From: Patescibacteria group bacterium
GTDB taxonomy: Bacteria > Patescibacteriota > Minisyncoccia > Moranbacterales > DUUL01
Reading direction: 5' to 3'
Assembly: GCA_034658815.1 (NCBI GenBank)
Contig: JAYEFY010000048.1
Coordinates: 62,020-126,019 of the forward strand
DNA length: 64,000 nt
Part shown: positions 1-9,302 of the stretch, in pieces
How positions within the stretch are numbered: the stretch's first letter is position 1
Layout of the letters: every line of letters starts with the position of its first letter
Program-made: the position numbers and the translations under genes
The notes under the pieces: model-generated
The model's database searches: none
The model's input: the letters and a program-made list of their open reading frames with translations, nothing else
Told to the model about the DNA's origin: nothing

Positions 1-698
1 CTGATGTCCTTTTTCCGCTCTTCTTCAATTTCTTTTTCGAGTTTTTCAACTGCTGAGGGTCTTTTGTCCGGTTCTTTATCTTTATTTATCTCTTCAGGAT
101 CATTTCGAACAGTTTTTTGCGGTGCTTGCGGCGTCAAAAGTTCAGCCGCTTTTCTGACAACATTTTCAACAGCGCCCCAAACCGCGTCACCATCGCGCGG
201 GATAACAACAGTGACCTCATCTCCGAGCTCAATTTTAAAATATGTTGCCGCGGCAAGTAAAACTTTGTAAGTCTTATCTTCTGTCTTGATGACAAAGTTG
301 CCTCGCTCATCTTGCTTTACAACACCGATAAGAAATTTTCTTTCAACAGGGCCAATTTGCTTATACATAAAACCTCCATCGCTTGTGATGGTCAGCTTGA
401 GCATATCGCCTTCAACAAGCTTTGATTTCGAGGCATAATTTGCCGGTACGGGGTATTGTCTTCCGTCCTCGCCGATCATGATCTGACCGTCAAAAGTACC
501 GTGGATAACTTGCCCGTTAGACTCTGAGTGTGAAGCGGTTGTTGGTTTTTGAACTCCGTTTGCATCTTGGATCTGGTGGAGCATTTGCTTGGCAGATGTG
601 ATCGTGCGTTCGGCAGTAGCGATCATCTCCTGAAGCGAATTGATCTTTTCAAAATTATCCTGATCCTTTTTTGATCGGGAATTCTTTTTCGAAGCCAT
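1..698 (-). CDS. hypothetical protein, 5' end inside window (ATG at 698-696), continues past window start
   Basis: Manual minus-strand translation from the ATG at 698 (MASKKNSRSKKDQDNFEKINSLQEM...) reads through to position 1 without a stop and has protein-like composition. The listed + ORF 4..270 is its antisense shadow. No recognisable family. Confidence 0.5.
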   Translation of the reverse strand, partial: MASKKNSRSKKDQDNFEKINSLQEMIATAERTITSAKQMLHQIQDANGVQKPTTASHSESNGQVIHGTFDGQIMIGEDGRQYPVPANYASKSKLVEGDMLKLTITSDGGFMYKQIGPVERKFLIGVVKQDERGNFVIKTEDKTYKVLLAAATYFKIELGDEVTVVIPRDGDAVWGAVENVVRKAAELLTPQAPQKTVRNDPEEINKDKEPDKRPSAVEKLEKEIEEERKKDI

Positions 699-1328
699 AT
701 TTTTTTGTTTTGATTATTTGTTTTGACTTTTCTTTTTGGCTCTTTCTTCTTTTAGTATTATAGTTCACGCTGATTTTTAGCGCAAGGATATACTATAAAA
801 AAACATTGAGAGCCAATATCACAGTAAAACAAGCAACCAAATTTATGTTTGTTATTATTACTATATAAATGTAAATCTGACATATAATACTAACAAAGTA
901 TTGGAATTATGTCAAGCGAATGTGATACAAATTACCAATTCCAATATCTAATATCTAATTCTTGAGCATTAGTTTATGGAGTGTTGGATGCCAACCACAG
1001 ACTAGTCAGCCTTTGGCTGAGATATTGAGTATTGAATATTCATTCTCCTTGGCGCTGAAACACTTCTTATTCTCTATAAAAGGCCCCTTTAGTTTTTAAA
1101 TAAATGGTCTCTTGCAAGAATGGGCCGGTGTGAGTAAGATTTTGCGAATAGCCGGTAATTTTTGAAAAGGGGCTCTAAATTCTTGAATTTCCAGTGCGTG
1201 TATCTTGTCATATGCAACACAGATAATGAGAGAGCTGGACATAATGAACAAACCGTGTTAAGTTGAAGCGTGAAATAAAGGAATAGCTCGTTTTCAACTA
1301 AATATAAAAGGGGAGGGAGATAGTAAAA

Positions 1329-1868
1329 ATGCATAGAATTATTATTATTCCGGATGAAGGATATAGTAGATCCATTTACCAAAAGGCTGCTAGGATCTAC
1401 AAACATTTAACTGAATGCAATGATAGCAGCGATCCCATTATTATAGTCTCCGGTGCTACTCGAAATCCAGCTCAACAAAAAGCATCCAAGTTTAAATTTT
1501 TTTTGGAAGATTTTTTAAACATTATTCCAATAAAGGAACAACTGGATTATTTAGTGGGACAAAATATTCCAAAGAATTGTCTGATTCATGAAAGCCGCTC
1601 TCAAAATACAAGAGAGAATGCGATTAATTCACTTGGCATTCTAAAGAATTATGATTGTTCCATGATCTATCTGATAGGATCAATCAAGGGAATGTTGCGA
1701 AGATATCTGACTTTTCAAAAGGCAAAAAAGGATATGGGCTTGCGAGTTAAAATTATTCCTTGTCCGACTTGGAAGTTATTTCCAATTAAATTAACAGTTG
1801 CCAGATTGTTTTTAATTCCCGGGGAATTTGTTAGGATTTGGAAATATCATAAATTGGGACATCTTTAG
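1329..1868 (+). CDS. DUF218 / YdcF-ElyC-SanA-like protein
   Basis: Motifs IIIVSGATRNP and SQNTRENA resemble the conserved DUF218 Gly-rich and T-x-ENA motifs. Length ~180 aa. Confidence 0.5.
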   Translation: MHRIIIIPDEGYSRSIYQKAARIYKHLTECNDSSDPIIIVSGATRNPAQQKASKFKFFLEDFLNIIPIKEQLDYLVGQNIPKNCLIHESRSQNTRENAINSLGILKNYDCSMIYLIGSIKGMLRRYLTFQKAKKDMGLRVKIIPCPTWKLFPIKLTVARLFLIPGEFVRIWKYHKLGHL

Positions 1869-1912
1869 TTGCCGAGAAAGATATAAAGAGGATTTACAAT
1901 CTTAACAAAAAC

Positions 1913-1962
1913 AAAGCTGTTTCTTCTGATCCTAAAAAGAGGGAAGAAGAAACAGCTTTTTT
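1913..1962 (+). terminator. rho-independent terminator after the DUF218 gene
   Basis: aaagctgtttcttc ... gaagaaacagcttt forms a perfect 14-bp stem, followed by TTTTTTG. Confidence 0.7.
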
Positions 1963-2007
1963 GATCTACGGTAACTGGTATTTGAAAATTGATATACGTC
2001 ATTTTCT

Positions 2008-2036
2008 TTGCGAAAAGTCCTAAAATATGCTAATAT
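2008..2036 (+). promoter_or_regulatory. sigma70-like promoter (TTGCGA-17-TAATAT) upstream of LigD-PE gene
   Basis: Hexamers with 17-nt spacer, 8 nt upstream of the ATG at 2045 (short or leaderless leader). Confidence 0.35.
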
Positions 2037-2044
2037 AGAGGTGT

Positions 2045-2557
2045 ATGAGCTTAATTGAATACAGGCTCAAAAGAAACTTTCGCGCTACCCGCGAACCGGA
2101 ACCCGAAACTCACAAGGATCTTGGGCAGAGGTTTGTTGTTCAAAAACATAACGCGTCGCATCTTCATTATGATCTTCGGCTTGAGATGAAGGACGATAAA
2201 ACCGGAGATGTCGCGCTGAAATCGTGGGCAATTCCCAAAAATATCCCTCTCGAAAAACAAGTCAAACACCTTGCGATTCAAACAGAGGACCATCCGGTTC
2301 GATATCTTTTATTTGAAGGGGAAATACCAAAAGGTAACTATGGAGCAGGTACAGTCGAAATATGGGATTCCGGGAAATGGGGAATGATGAAAGGAAGTGT
2401 TGAAAGCGGAGTGTTATCGTTCAATCTTTTCGGTGATCGAATTAAGGGACGCTACCAAATGATCAAAACAAGAGGATTTAAAAAAAATGAAGAGAAAAGC
2501 GGAAAAGATAAAAAACAGTACTGGCTCATTTGGAGAAAAGGCAATGAGATTGCTTAG
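2045..2557 (+). CDS. stand-alone DNA ligase D 3'-phosphoesterase (PE) domain protein
   Basis: KRNFRATREPEP, VVQKHNASHLHYDLRLE, KSWAIPK, LAIQTEDHPVRYLLFEGEIPKGNYGAGTVEIWDSGKW: the canonical LigD PE-domain motif series. Confidence 0.85.
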   Translation: MSLIEYRLKRNFRATREPEPETHKDLGQRFVVQKHNASHLHYDLRLEMKDDKTGDVALKSWAIPKNIPLEKQVKHLAIQTEDHPVRYLLFEGEIPKGNYGAGTVEIWDSGKWGMMKGSVESGVLSFNLFGDRIKGRYQMIKTRGFKKNEEKSGKDKKQYWLIWRKGNEIA

Positions 2558-2562
2558 GAAAT

Positions 2563-2627
2563 CATTGGAAACATTATTCTCTGCGTATCAGCAGGCAGGT
2601 ATTGGTCTCGAGTACTCGGAACCATGA
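2563..2627 (-). repeat. GC-rich modular intergenic repeat, family 2 copy (inverted orientation)
   Basis: Shares ccgagtactcgg(a)accaatg and cagcaggcagg modules with the copy at 34120-34250 in reverse order/orientation. ttggaaac at 2565-2572. Confidence 0.4.
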
Positions 2628-2683
2628 TATTTTTGATAGGAGTTATTTGGAAATAATTATAATACACGAAATACAAAAAAATA

Positions 2684-5341
2684 ATGTACCAAAACTGGCA
2701 TGCGCATGCGATTCAAAAAATTCTGAAACAATTGCGAAGTTCACAAAATGGGCTGAGTTCGGCATCAGCGGCTCGGCGGTACGCAAAGAATGGACCGAAT
2801 GTTCTTCCAAAAAAAAAGCCGCTGTCAAAAATCAGGCTTTTTCTGGAACAGTTCAACAATTCGCTGATGTTTATTTTATTCATTACGGTAGCGATCTCGT
2901 TTTTTCTCGGGCATTATTCGGATTCGATCTTTATTTCCATTGTGATCTTTATCAATACATTTGTTGGTTTTTACCAAGAGAGCAAAGCAAATAATTCTCT
3001 GCGTGCGCTGCAGAAAATGGTTCGCGTTAAAGTTCGAGTGATGCGTGATGGAAGGATGAAAGAGATCGACAGTGAACAAATTGTACAGGGAGACGTTATC
3101 TTTTTTAGCCCAGGCGACAAAATTCCGGCGGATTGCCGAATTATCAAATCGAAAGATCTGAAAGCAAACGAATCTTCATTAACGGGAGAATGGCTTTCGG
3201 TTAATAAAAAAATAGGAAAACTCGATCGGGAAACCGCCGTATCTGACAGGTACAACACACTCTTTATGGGCACGTCGGTCGAGATGGGCGAAGCGCGAGC
3301 TGTAGTCGTAAAAACAGGCGTGGAAACCGAGTTTGGAAAAATTGTAGAGCTTGTTAAGCAAACGGATGAGCCTCGAACGCCTCTTCAGAAAAAAATTGCT
3401 CATCTGTCGAGAGTTATCGGCATATTCATTATTGGACTGATAGCGCTTATTATTGCAGAGGGATATTTTATGGGTAAAGATATTGCCGAAATCTTTATTG
3501 CGTCACTGGCGCTGGCTGTTTCCGCAATTCCGGAAGGATTACTACCGGCTATTACGGTTGTTCTTGTTCTAGCCATGAGGCGCATTCTTAAACAAAGAGG
3601 AGTTGTCAAAAAATTGTCCGCGGCTGAAAGCTTGGGTAGTGTTACGGTTGTATGTTCAGACAAAACAGGCACTTTGACTGAAGGAAACATGAAAATGAGC
3701 CATATGGTTACTGACATGTCCGAACTGCTTCCCAATAAGAAATTCGAAAACGCCAATGTTTCCGGTAATCAGCAAAGATCAAACAAGACAGCTTTTACAA
3801 TCATATCTTTAACCAATGATGCGTACATTGAAAATCCGGAAGACGAGTTGCACGAATGGAAAGTAAGGGGATACTTCACAGACAAAGCGTTGCTTCTTGC
3901 CGGAGTGCAAGCAGGCTTTGATATTCAGAAGCTCGAAAAAGAATGTCCTCTGATCGAAAAGCAGAGCTTCAGTTCTCATAAGCGGTACGCGCTTTCCTTG
4001 CGCTCGAAAGGTTCCAAAAAGTATCTTTTTGTGGTTGGAGCTCCTGAAGAATTAATATCCCGTTCGAGTAATATCCACGCTGATGGTTCGCATATTGCGC
4101 TTGAAAAATCGGATAAAAAACATTTGCACAACAAAGTCGACCAAATGACCTCAAAAGGACTGCGTGTTATCGCCTGCGCGTACCGTGAATTGAAAAACGG
4201 GCAAAATGATAAATTAGACAGCCTGGTACACTCATTGTCGTTTGTTGGTTTTGTGGCTCTGCGTGATCCTATTCGCAAGGACGCGAGGCGGGCAATTTTA
4301 GAAATTCAGGAAGCCGGCATACGGCCGATAATAATAACCGGTGATCATAAGCATACGGCTATGGCGGTTGCTCGGGAGGCCGGAATCAATGTTTCTAAAA
4401 GCCAAGTGCTTGAAGGACGCGATATTGAACGAATGAACGGAGCTGAACTCAAAAAACATTCCAAAAGCGTTGCAATTTACGCGCGGGCGCTACCGGAACA
4501 TAAACTCAATGTTATCAAAGCCTTGCATCAAAACAATGAAATTGTCGCAATGTTCGGTGACGGAGTAAACGACGCGCCGGCGCTGAAAGCGGCTGACATC
4601 GGAGTGGCTGTCGGTTCAGGGACGGATGTTGTGAAAGAAGTTGCCGATGTTATTTTGTTAGATGACAATTTTAAAACGATCGTGAAAGCCATCGAACAGG
4701 GAAGAGTAGCGTTTGCAAATATCAGAAAGGTATTTATTTATCTTGTGGCCGATGACTTTACAGAGATATTTTTATTTTTAGGCGCCATGGCGCTTGGTTT
4801 GCCTCTTCCGCTTCTGGCCGCGCAAATTTTATGGATCAATCTCATTGAAGACGGACTGCCGGATATCGCGCTTACCACCGAACAGGAAACTGAGGATGTA
4901 ATGCGGGAAAAGCCAAGGAGGTCTGATGAGCCAATATTGAGTACGACAGTAAAAAAATGGATGATCGCGGTTTTTTCGATCAATAGCCTTATAACTTTTG
5001 CTTTTTTCTGGTTTTTATATCAAACAACTCAAGACATCGTCAAGACAAGGACACTGGTTTTTGCTCTGATGGCGTTTGACTCGCTTGCGTTCGCCTATTC
5101 AGTGCGTTCGCTTAAGAGGACAATATTTCGAAGAGATATTTTTTCCAACAAGATTCTTAATTGGGCTGTTGCCGCAAGTTTTTTACTTTTACTTGTGGCA
5201 ATATATGTTCCGTTCGCGCAAAAGTTTGTCGGAACTGTAGGAATATCATTATCGGGATGGCTTTTTGTTCTTGGCATCACATTTTTTGAAATTATCATAA
5301 TAGAAGTTGCGAAAAAAATAAGTTTTAAAAGCGCGGAATAG
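2684..5341 (+). CDS. P-type cation-transporting ATPase (PIIA-like, Ca2+/Mg2+ type)
   Basis: DKTGTLT phosphorylation motif, TGD, GDGVNDAPALK hinge, ~10 TM segments, 885 aa. Confidence 0.9.
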   Translation: MYQNWHAHAIQKILKQLRSSQNGLSSASAARRYAKNGPNVLPKKKPLSKIRLFLEQFNNSLMFILFITVAISFFLGHYSDSIFISIVIFINTFVGFYQESKANNSLRALQKMVRVKVRVMRDGRMKEIDSEQIVQGDVIFFSPGDKIPADCRIIKSKDLKANESSLTGEWLSVNKKIGKLDRETAVSDRYNTLFMGTSVEMGEARAVVVKTGVETEFGKIVELVKQTDEPRTPLQKKIAHLSRVIGIFIIGLIALIIAEGYFMGKDIAEIFIASLALAVSAIPEGLLPAITVVLVLAMRRILKQRGVVKKLSAAESLGSVTVVCSDKTGTLTEGNMKMSHMVTDMSELLPNKKFENANVSGNQQRSNKTAFTIISLTNDAYIENPEDELHEWKVRGYFTDKALLLAGVQAGFDIQKLEKECPLIEKQSFSSHKRYALSLRSKGSKKYLFVVGAPEELISRSSNIHADGSHIALEKSDKKHLHNKVDQMTSKGLRVIACAYRELKNGQNDKLDSLVHSLSFVGFVALRDPIRKDARRAILEIQEAGIRPIIITGDHKHTAMAVAREAGINVSKSQVLEGRDIERMNGAELKKHSKSVAIYARALPEHKLNVIKALHQNNEIVAMFGDGVNDAPALKAADIGVAVGSGTDVVKEVADVILLDDNFKTIVKAIEQGRVAFANIRKVFIYLVADDFTEIFLFLGAMALGLPLPLLAAQILWINLIEDGLPDIALTTEQETEDVMREKPRRSDEPILSTTVKKWMIAVFSINSLITFAFFWFLYQTTQDIVKTRTLVFALMAFDSLAFAYSVRSLKRTIFRRDIFSNKILNWAVAASFLLLLVAIYVPFAQKFVGTVGISLSGWLFVLGITFFEIIIIEVAKKISFKSAE

Positions 5342-5353
5342 CAGCAAAAGTTT

Positions 5354-5471
5354 AGAGCCTGTCTGAGAACCCCATATCCTGCTGCAATTTCTCCTCCAGA
5401 GGCGGACAAGCATATTTTGGCTGTCCCGCTTAGGCGGGATCGCAACGAAGAGGGTTTTCAGACAGGCTCTT
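5354..5471 (+). repeat. structured intergenic element, family 1 copy A (putative ncRNA or miniature mobile element)
   Basis: 5' agagcctgtctgagaaccc pairs with 3' gggttttcagacaggctct (19 bp). Inner hairpin cccgc-ttag-gcggg. Homologous to 14363-14484 and 39957-40083 with compensatory changes in both stems. Confidence 0.6.
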
Positions 5472-5532
5472 AAAACAAAAAGCATTGTTGAAAAAAATAT
5501 CTTATGTTATCCTATAGTATAGTCCGTTAAGA

Positions 5533-5599
5533 GACTGCTCCCAAACGCTCTTCCTGCTGCAATTCTGAAATTTCGCAGCGAAATACGATACTTGGAAAC
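5533..5599 (+). repeat. GC-rich modular intergenic repeat, family 2 short copy
   Basis: gactgctcccaaac...gaaatttcgc...cttggaaac is related to the termini of the 34120-34250 copy. 35 nt upstream of the ftsK ATG. Also carries the cctgctgcaatt block shared with family 1. Confidence 0.35.
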
Positions 5600-5634
5600 A
5601 GTTTCATAAAACTAATAGTTTCTACTTCTAAATC

Positions 5635-8073
5635 ATGGGAAAAAAATCGAAACAAGATGCAATAGACGTTCAAAATGACCAGGAGGAATATCCGGCATTA
5701 GACCATGGCGTAAAAAAGAGCATTTTTGCGGTATTGCTTTTAATGCTTGCCGTGATATTTATTTTAAGTTTGGTTGATCTGGCGGGAATTGTCGGACAGC
5801 ATATAGACAAGGGTATTGCGTTTCTGTTCGGATGGGGAAGATTTGTTCTGCCTTTAGTGATGATCGTTCTTGGAACGCTTTACTTCAAGAAAATGCAGCC
5901 AATTCGCTATACGCTTGCGGCAGTGGGAGCTATCCTATTTTTTTTAATGTTTCTCGGCCTTGTGCACATAACGAAAGATATGGATGGCATGGTCATCCAA
6001 GCTAAAATAGGCTGCGGCGGAGGTTATGTGGGTCTTGGGATCGCTTATCCTTTAGCGCATTATCTCGGAAAAATCGCCGGTGTAATTATTCTTGCAGGTT
6101 TTTCATTGATTGGGATAATGCTCATATTTAACGCTCCGCTTTATCAATTCATTGAGTTGGTAAGATCAAAAATTCCGGAAAGAAAAAAGGATAAGGAAGC
6201 GAATGGCAAGGAAGGCAAAGAAGATCTGGAAGATAAGAAAGATCAAGAAGATAAGGAGAACGGAAAGGATGCCATCGGAGAGGACATTAGTAAGACGCAA
6301 AATAATAACGAAGAAAAGAATGACAGTCAGATGGAGCAGTCAAAGCAACAAGAAGATTCAGATGAAGACAATAAAAAACACGCCGATTTATCCAACAACA
6401 TCAAAACATTTTCTTTTGATGACCGATCGGAAGATAAATTGTTTAAAACAGTACAGGGGCAATTCTTAGAAGGGAAAAAACAGGATGAGTTAAGACAGAG
6501 AAGCAATGCTTACGCTAAAACTCTGTGGAGTTCTCCTCCTTTTAACTTACTTAGGGGAAATAAAGAGCGTCCTCATCAAACCAATCTTGATCAAACAGTG
6601 GATATAATCAAAAGTACTCTGCATAATTTTGGAATCGAAGTAGAACCAAGCGAATATCATATTGGTCCCACCATAACACAGTTCACTTTCAAGCCGGCAA
6701 ACGGGGTGAAGCTGAGCAGAATTCTCGCGCTGCAGGACAATCTTGCTTTGGCTCTTGCCGCACATCCTGTGCGTATTGAAGCTCCAATACCCGGGAAATC
6801 ATTAATCGGTATTGAGGTTCCCAATGAAACCAAATCACTTGTCCAATTGCGTACGATGCTTGAGAGTGACGCGTTCAAAAAGAGACCTTCTAACTTAAGT
6901 ATTATATTAGGAGAAGATGTCAATGGACTTCCAATGTTGGCGGATATTAAAAAAATGCCGCATTTGCTTATTGCCGGATCAACCGGAACAGGAAAAAGTA
7001 TTTGTATCAATGCGATACTAACGACTTTATTGTATCAAAATTCGTTTAAAGATCTGTGCTTGATCCTTATTGATCCGAAGCGAGTTGAATTATCCATGTA
7101 TAAGGGTATTCCTCATCTCTTAACGCCTGTAATTACCGAACCTCAAAAAGTTGTCAATACGCTTCGCTGGTCCGTTGATGAAATGGAAAAAAGGTTTTGC
7201 CTGCTTCAAGAAGTTGGCTCCAGAGATATTCACTCATATAATAAAAAGGTCAATGAAGGGGAAAGGCGCCGAGTTATTGATAAAGAAACAGGAGAAGAAA
7301 AAAAGGAGATAATGGAAAAAATGCCATATATCATTATTGTAATAGATGAACTTGCGGATCTAATGGCGGCTTACGCGAAAGATATTGAAGGACCGATTGT
7401 GCGGCTTGCGCAGAAATCCCGCGCGGTAGGCATCCACCTGATTGTTTCCACTCAGCGACCATCAGTCGAAGTTATTACCGGGTTAATTAAAACAAATATC
7501 GCAACTCGAGTCGCGTTTCAAGTTCCAACGCAAATCGACTCACGGACAATTCTGGATATGGCAGGCGCTGAAAAACTGTTAGGCAACGGGGACATGTTAT
7601 TTCTAAGCGCTGATGCCGCCAAACCGCGAAGAGTTCAGGGAGTTTTCATATCAGAAAAAGAAATAAAAAGAGTCGTAAAATTTATCAAAGAGCAAGCAAA
7701 AGAGATCGATTTTGATGATGGTAAGAATCTTTCAGTATCTCTTAAACAGCAACTTGAAAGTTCAGCCAGTACTCCCGGTGGTCTTGGATCAGAGAGCACC
7801 CATGATGAAGAAATCTATAAACAAGCGAAAGAAATCGTAATACAGGCAAAAAAAGCGTCAACGTCAATGTTACAAAGAAAACTCAGCATTGGCTATGGAA
7901 GAGCGGCGAGAATCATTGATATATTGGAAGAAAATGGCATTGTAGGTCCGCCTGACGGAACAAAACCGCGCAAGCTATTGATTGACGTGAACGAGAACGT
8001 GTTGTATGGAAACAATAATAAGGAAGACCAAAAGAAAAGAGATAAATGGGCTAGAGACGAAAACGTTGATTAG
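5635..8073 (+). CDS. ftsK: DNA translocase FtsK/SpoIIIE
   Basis: 4 N-terminal TM helices, KE/D-rich linker, Walker A GSTGTGKS, VSTQRPS motif, C-terminal gamma winged-helix (MLQRKLSIGYGRAARIIDILEENGIV). Confidence 0.9.
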   Translation: MGKKSKQDAIDVQNDQEEYPALDHGVKKSIFAVLLLMLAVIFILSLVDLAGIVGQHIDKGIAFLFGWGRFVLPLVMIVLGTLYFKKMQPIRYTLAAVGAILFFLMFLGLVHITKDMDGMVIQAKIGCGGGYVGLGIAYPLAHYLGKIAGVIILAGFSLIGIMLIFNAPLYQFIELVRSKIPERKKDKEANGKEGKEDLEDKKDQEDKENGKDAIGEDISKTQNNNEEKNDSQMEQSKQQEDSDEDNKKHADLSNNIKTFSFDDRSEDKLFKTVQGQFLEGKKQDELRQRSNAYAKTLWSSPPFNLLRGNKERPHQTNLDQTVDIIKSTLHNFGIEVEPSEYHIGPTITQFTFKPANGVKLSRILALQDNLALALAAHPVRIEAPIPGKSLIGIEVPNETKSLVQLRTMLESDAFKKRPSNLSIILGEDVNGLPMLADIKKMPHLLIAGSTGTGKSICINAILTTLLYQNSFKDLCLILIDPKRVELSMYKGIPHLLTPVITEPQKVVNTLRWSVDEMEKRFCLLQEVGSRDIHSYNKKVNEGERRRVIDKETGEEKKEIMEKMPYIIIVIDELADLMAAYAKDIEGPIVRLAQKSRAVGIHLIVSTQRPSVEVITGLIKTNIATRVAFQVPTQIDSRTILDMAGAEKLLGNGDMLFLSADAAKPRRVQGVFISEKEIKRVVKFIKEQAKEIDFDDGKNLSVSLKQQLESSASTPGGLGSESTHDEEIYKQAKEIVIQAKKASTSMLQRKLSIGYGRAARIIDILEENGIVGPPDGTKPRKLLIDVNENVLYGNNNKEDQKKRDKWARDENVD

Positions 8074-8118
8074 AAAAAATGTCTAGGGGGGGCTTTCTAA
8101 ATTGTTTCATCATATCAC

Positions 8119-8817
8119 ATGTTGCTTGGAGGACTGCAAAAATTAACTCTGATCGATTATCCGGGTAAAATTGCCGCGACAGTGTTTACGGTCGGATGCA
8201 ATTTCCGTTGTCCATTCTGCCATAATCCTGAACTTGTTCTTGCGTGTCATAGAGCAGAACATAAGCTGTTTCCCGAAGAAGAATTTTTCGCGTTTATTGA
8301 CAAGCGAAAGAAGAAACTGGATGGTATTTGCATAACCGGCGGCGAACCGATGATCCAGCAAGATATTCTGGAGTTTATTCGGAAAATAAAAGACAGAGAA
8401 TTCTTGGTAAAACTTGATACAAATGGAGCCTACCCTGATGTTCTTAAAAAAGCTTTCGACATGGAACTTGTGGATTTTGTCGCAATGGATATAAAAGATT
8501 CCATTGAGCATTATTCAAAAGCATGTGGTGTTGACGTTGATACTGAACGAATAAAACTTAGCGTTAAACTTATACGAAGTTCAAGGGTTGATTACGAGTT
8601 TCGCACAACTGCTGTTCCGGGAATTCATACCTATAGTGATTTCGAGAAAATAGGGTTATGGCTCAAAGGATCAAAGAAGTATGTTATTCAAAAATATCAT
8701 GACGAAGGAAAAATTCTTGATGAAAAATTAAGAATAAGGCAAAAGAACAAAACAATAAATTTGGAAAAAATAAAGCAAAAGGCTCTTCCTTATTTTGGTC
8801 ATGTCGAAATACATTAA
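8119..8817 (+). CDS. radical SAM protein, anaerobic ribonucleotide reductase activase (NrdG, TIGR02495)-like
   Basis: LIDYPGKIAATVFTVGCNFRCPFCHNPEL (CxxxCxxC-like cluster plus preceding DYPGK) and TGGEP. Confidence 0.6.
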   Translation: MLLGGLQKLTLIDYPGKIAATVFTVGCNFRCPFCHNPELVLACHRAEHKLFPEEEFFAFIDKRKKKLDGICITGGEPMIQQDILEFIRKIKDREFLVKLDTNGAYPDVLKKAFDMELVDFVAMDIKDSIEHYSKACGVDVDTERIKLSVKLIRSSRVDYEFRTTAVPGIHTYSDFEKIGLWLKGSKKYVIQKYHDEGKILDEKLRIRQKNKTINLEKIKQKALPYFGHVEIH

Positions 8818-9292
8818 GTATCTAAGTTCTAACAAGAAGATTGGCGAAGATACTAAATTCAACGCAACAGAAAGCGAGCCTCATTTCCAATTTTTTGAAT
8901 ATTTAAGAAGTAATCTACGGTATATGAACAAAAAGAACAAGCTTATCGAAATTCAAAGGGAAATTGACAGAAAGATGGGGAATGAAATTATATTGGATAA
9001 GATCAGATCAGGTGAATACAGACTGCGAACAGGAGAGGCACTTGCCCTGGAGGATAGGCCGAGCTTTTATTCAGACAGGTTTGATAAAGAATTTGAAGAT
9101 ATCGTGAAATATATAGATCAGAACGAAAAACTGGATCTTAATAATCGCGAAATGAAAGGTCACGCTAACGAGCTTAAGCTACAAATGGATGAAGGAAGAG
9201 ACAAGTTGACAATGCGAATTAAAGAAAAAGACGGAAAAGAAAAAAGCGGGGAAAGCGGGAAAGAAAAGAAAAGAAAAAAGTCATTTTTTTAA
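8795..9292 (+). CDS. hypothetical protein (charged, K/E-rich C-terminus)
   Basis: ORF only. Overlaps the preceding gene by 23 nt. No recognisable motifs. Confidence 0.4.
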   Translation: MVMSKYIKYLSSNKKIGEDTKFNATESEPHFQFFEYLRSNLRYMNKKNKLIEIQREIDRKMGNEIILDKIRSGEYRLRTGEALALEDRPSFYSDRFDKEFEDIVKYIDQNEKLDLNNREMKGHANELKLQMDEGRDKLTMRIKEKDGKEKSGESGKEKKRKKSFF

Positions 9293-9302
9293 GAATTACG
9301 GC

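Noticed and set aside
4-270. + strand ORF of 88 aa (Ser-rich)
   Set aside because: Antisense shadow of the better-supported minus-strand gene 1-698. Low-complexity composition.
1089-1406. minus-strand ORF of 105 aa overlapping the DUF218 gene start
   Set aside because: Lies in an AT-rich spacer, overlaps a supported gene, and has no motifs.
2051-2293. minus-strand ORF antisense to the LigD-PE gene
   Set aside because: The sense strand has unambiguous PE-domain motifs, so this is a shadow ORF.
5095-5485. minus-strand ORFs (116 and 78 aa) covering family-1 copy A
   Set aside because: The reading frame is not conserved among copies A-C (indels), so the element is not protein-coding. The same applies to + ORFs 14369-14581, 39872-40084 and 40027-40248.
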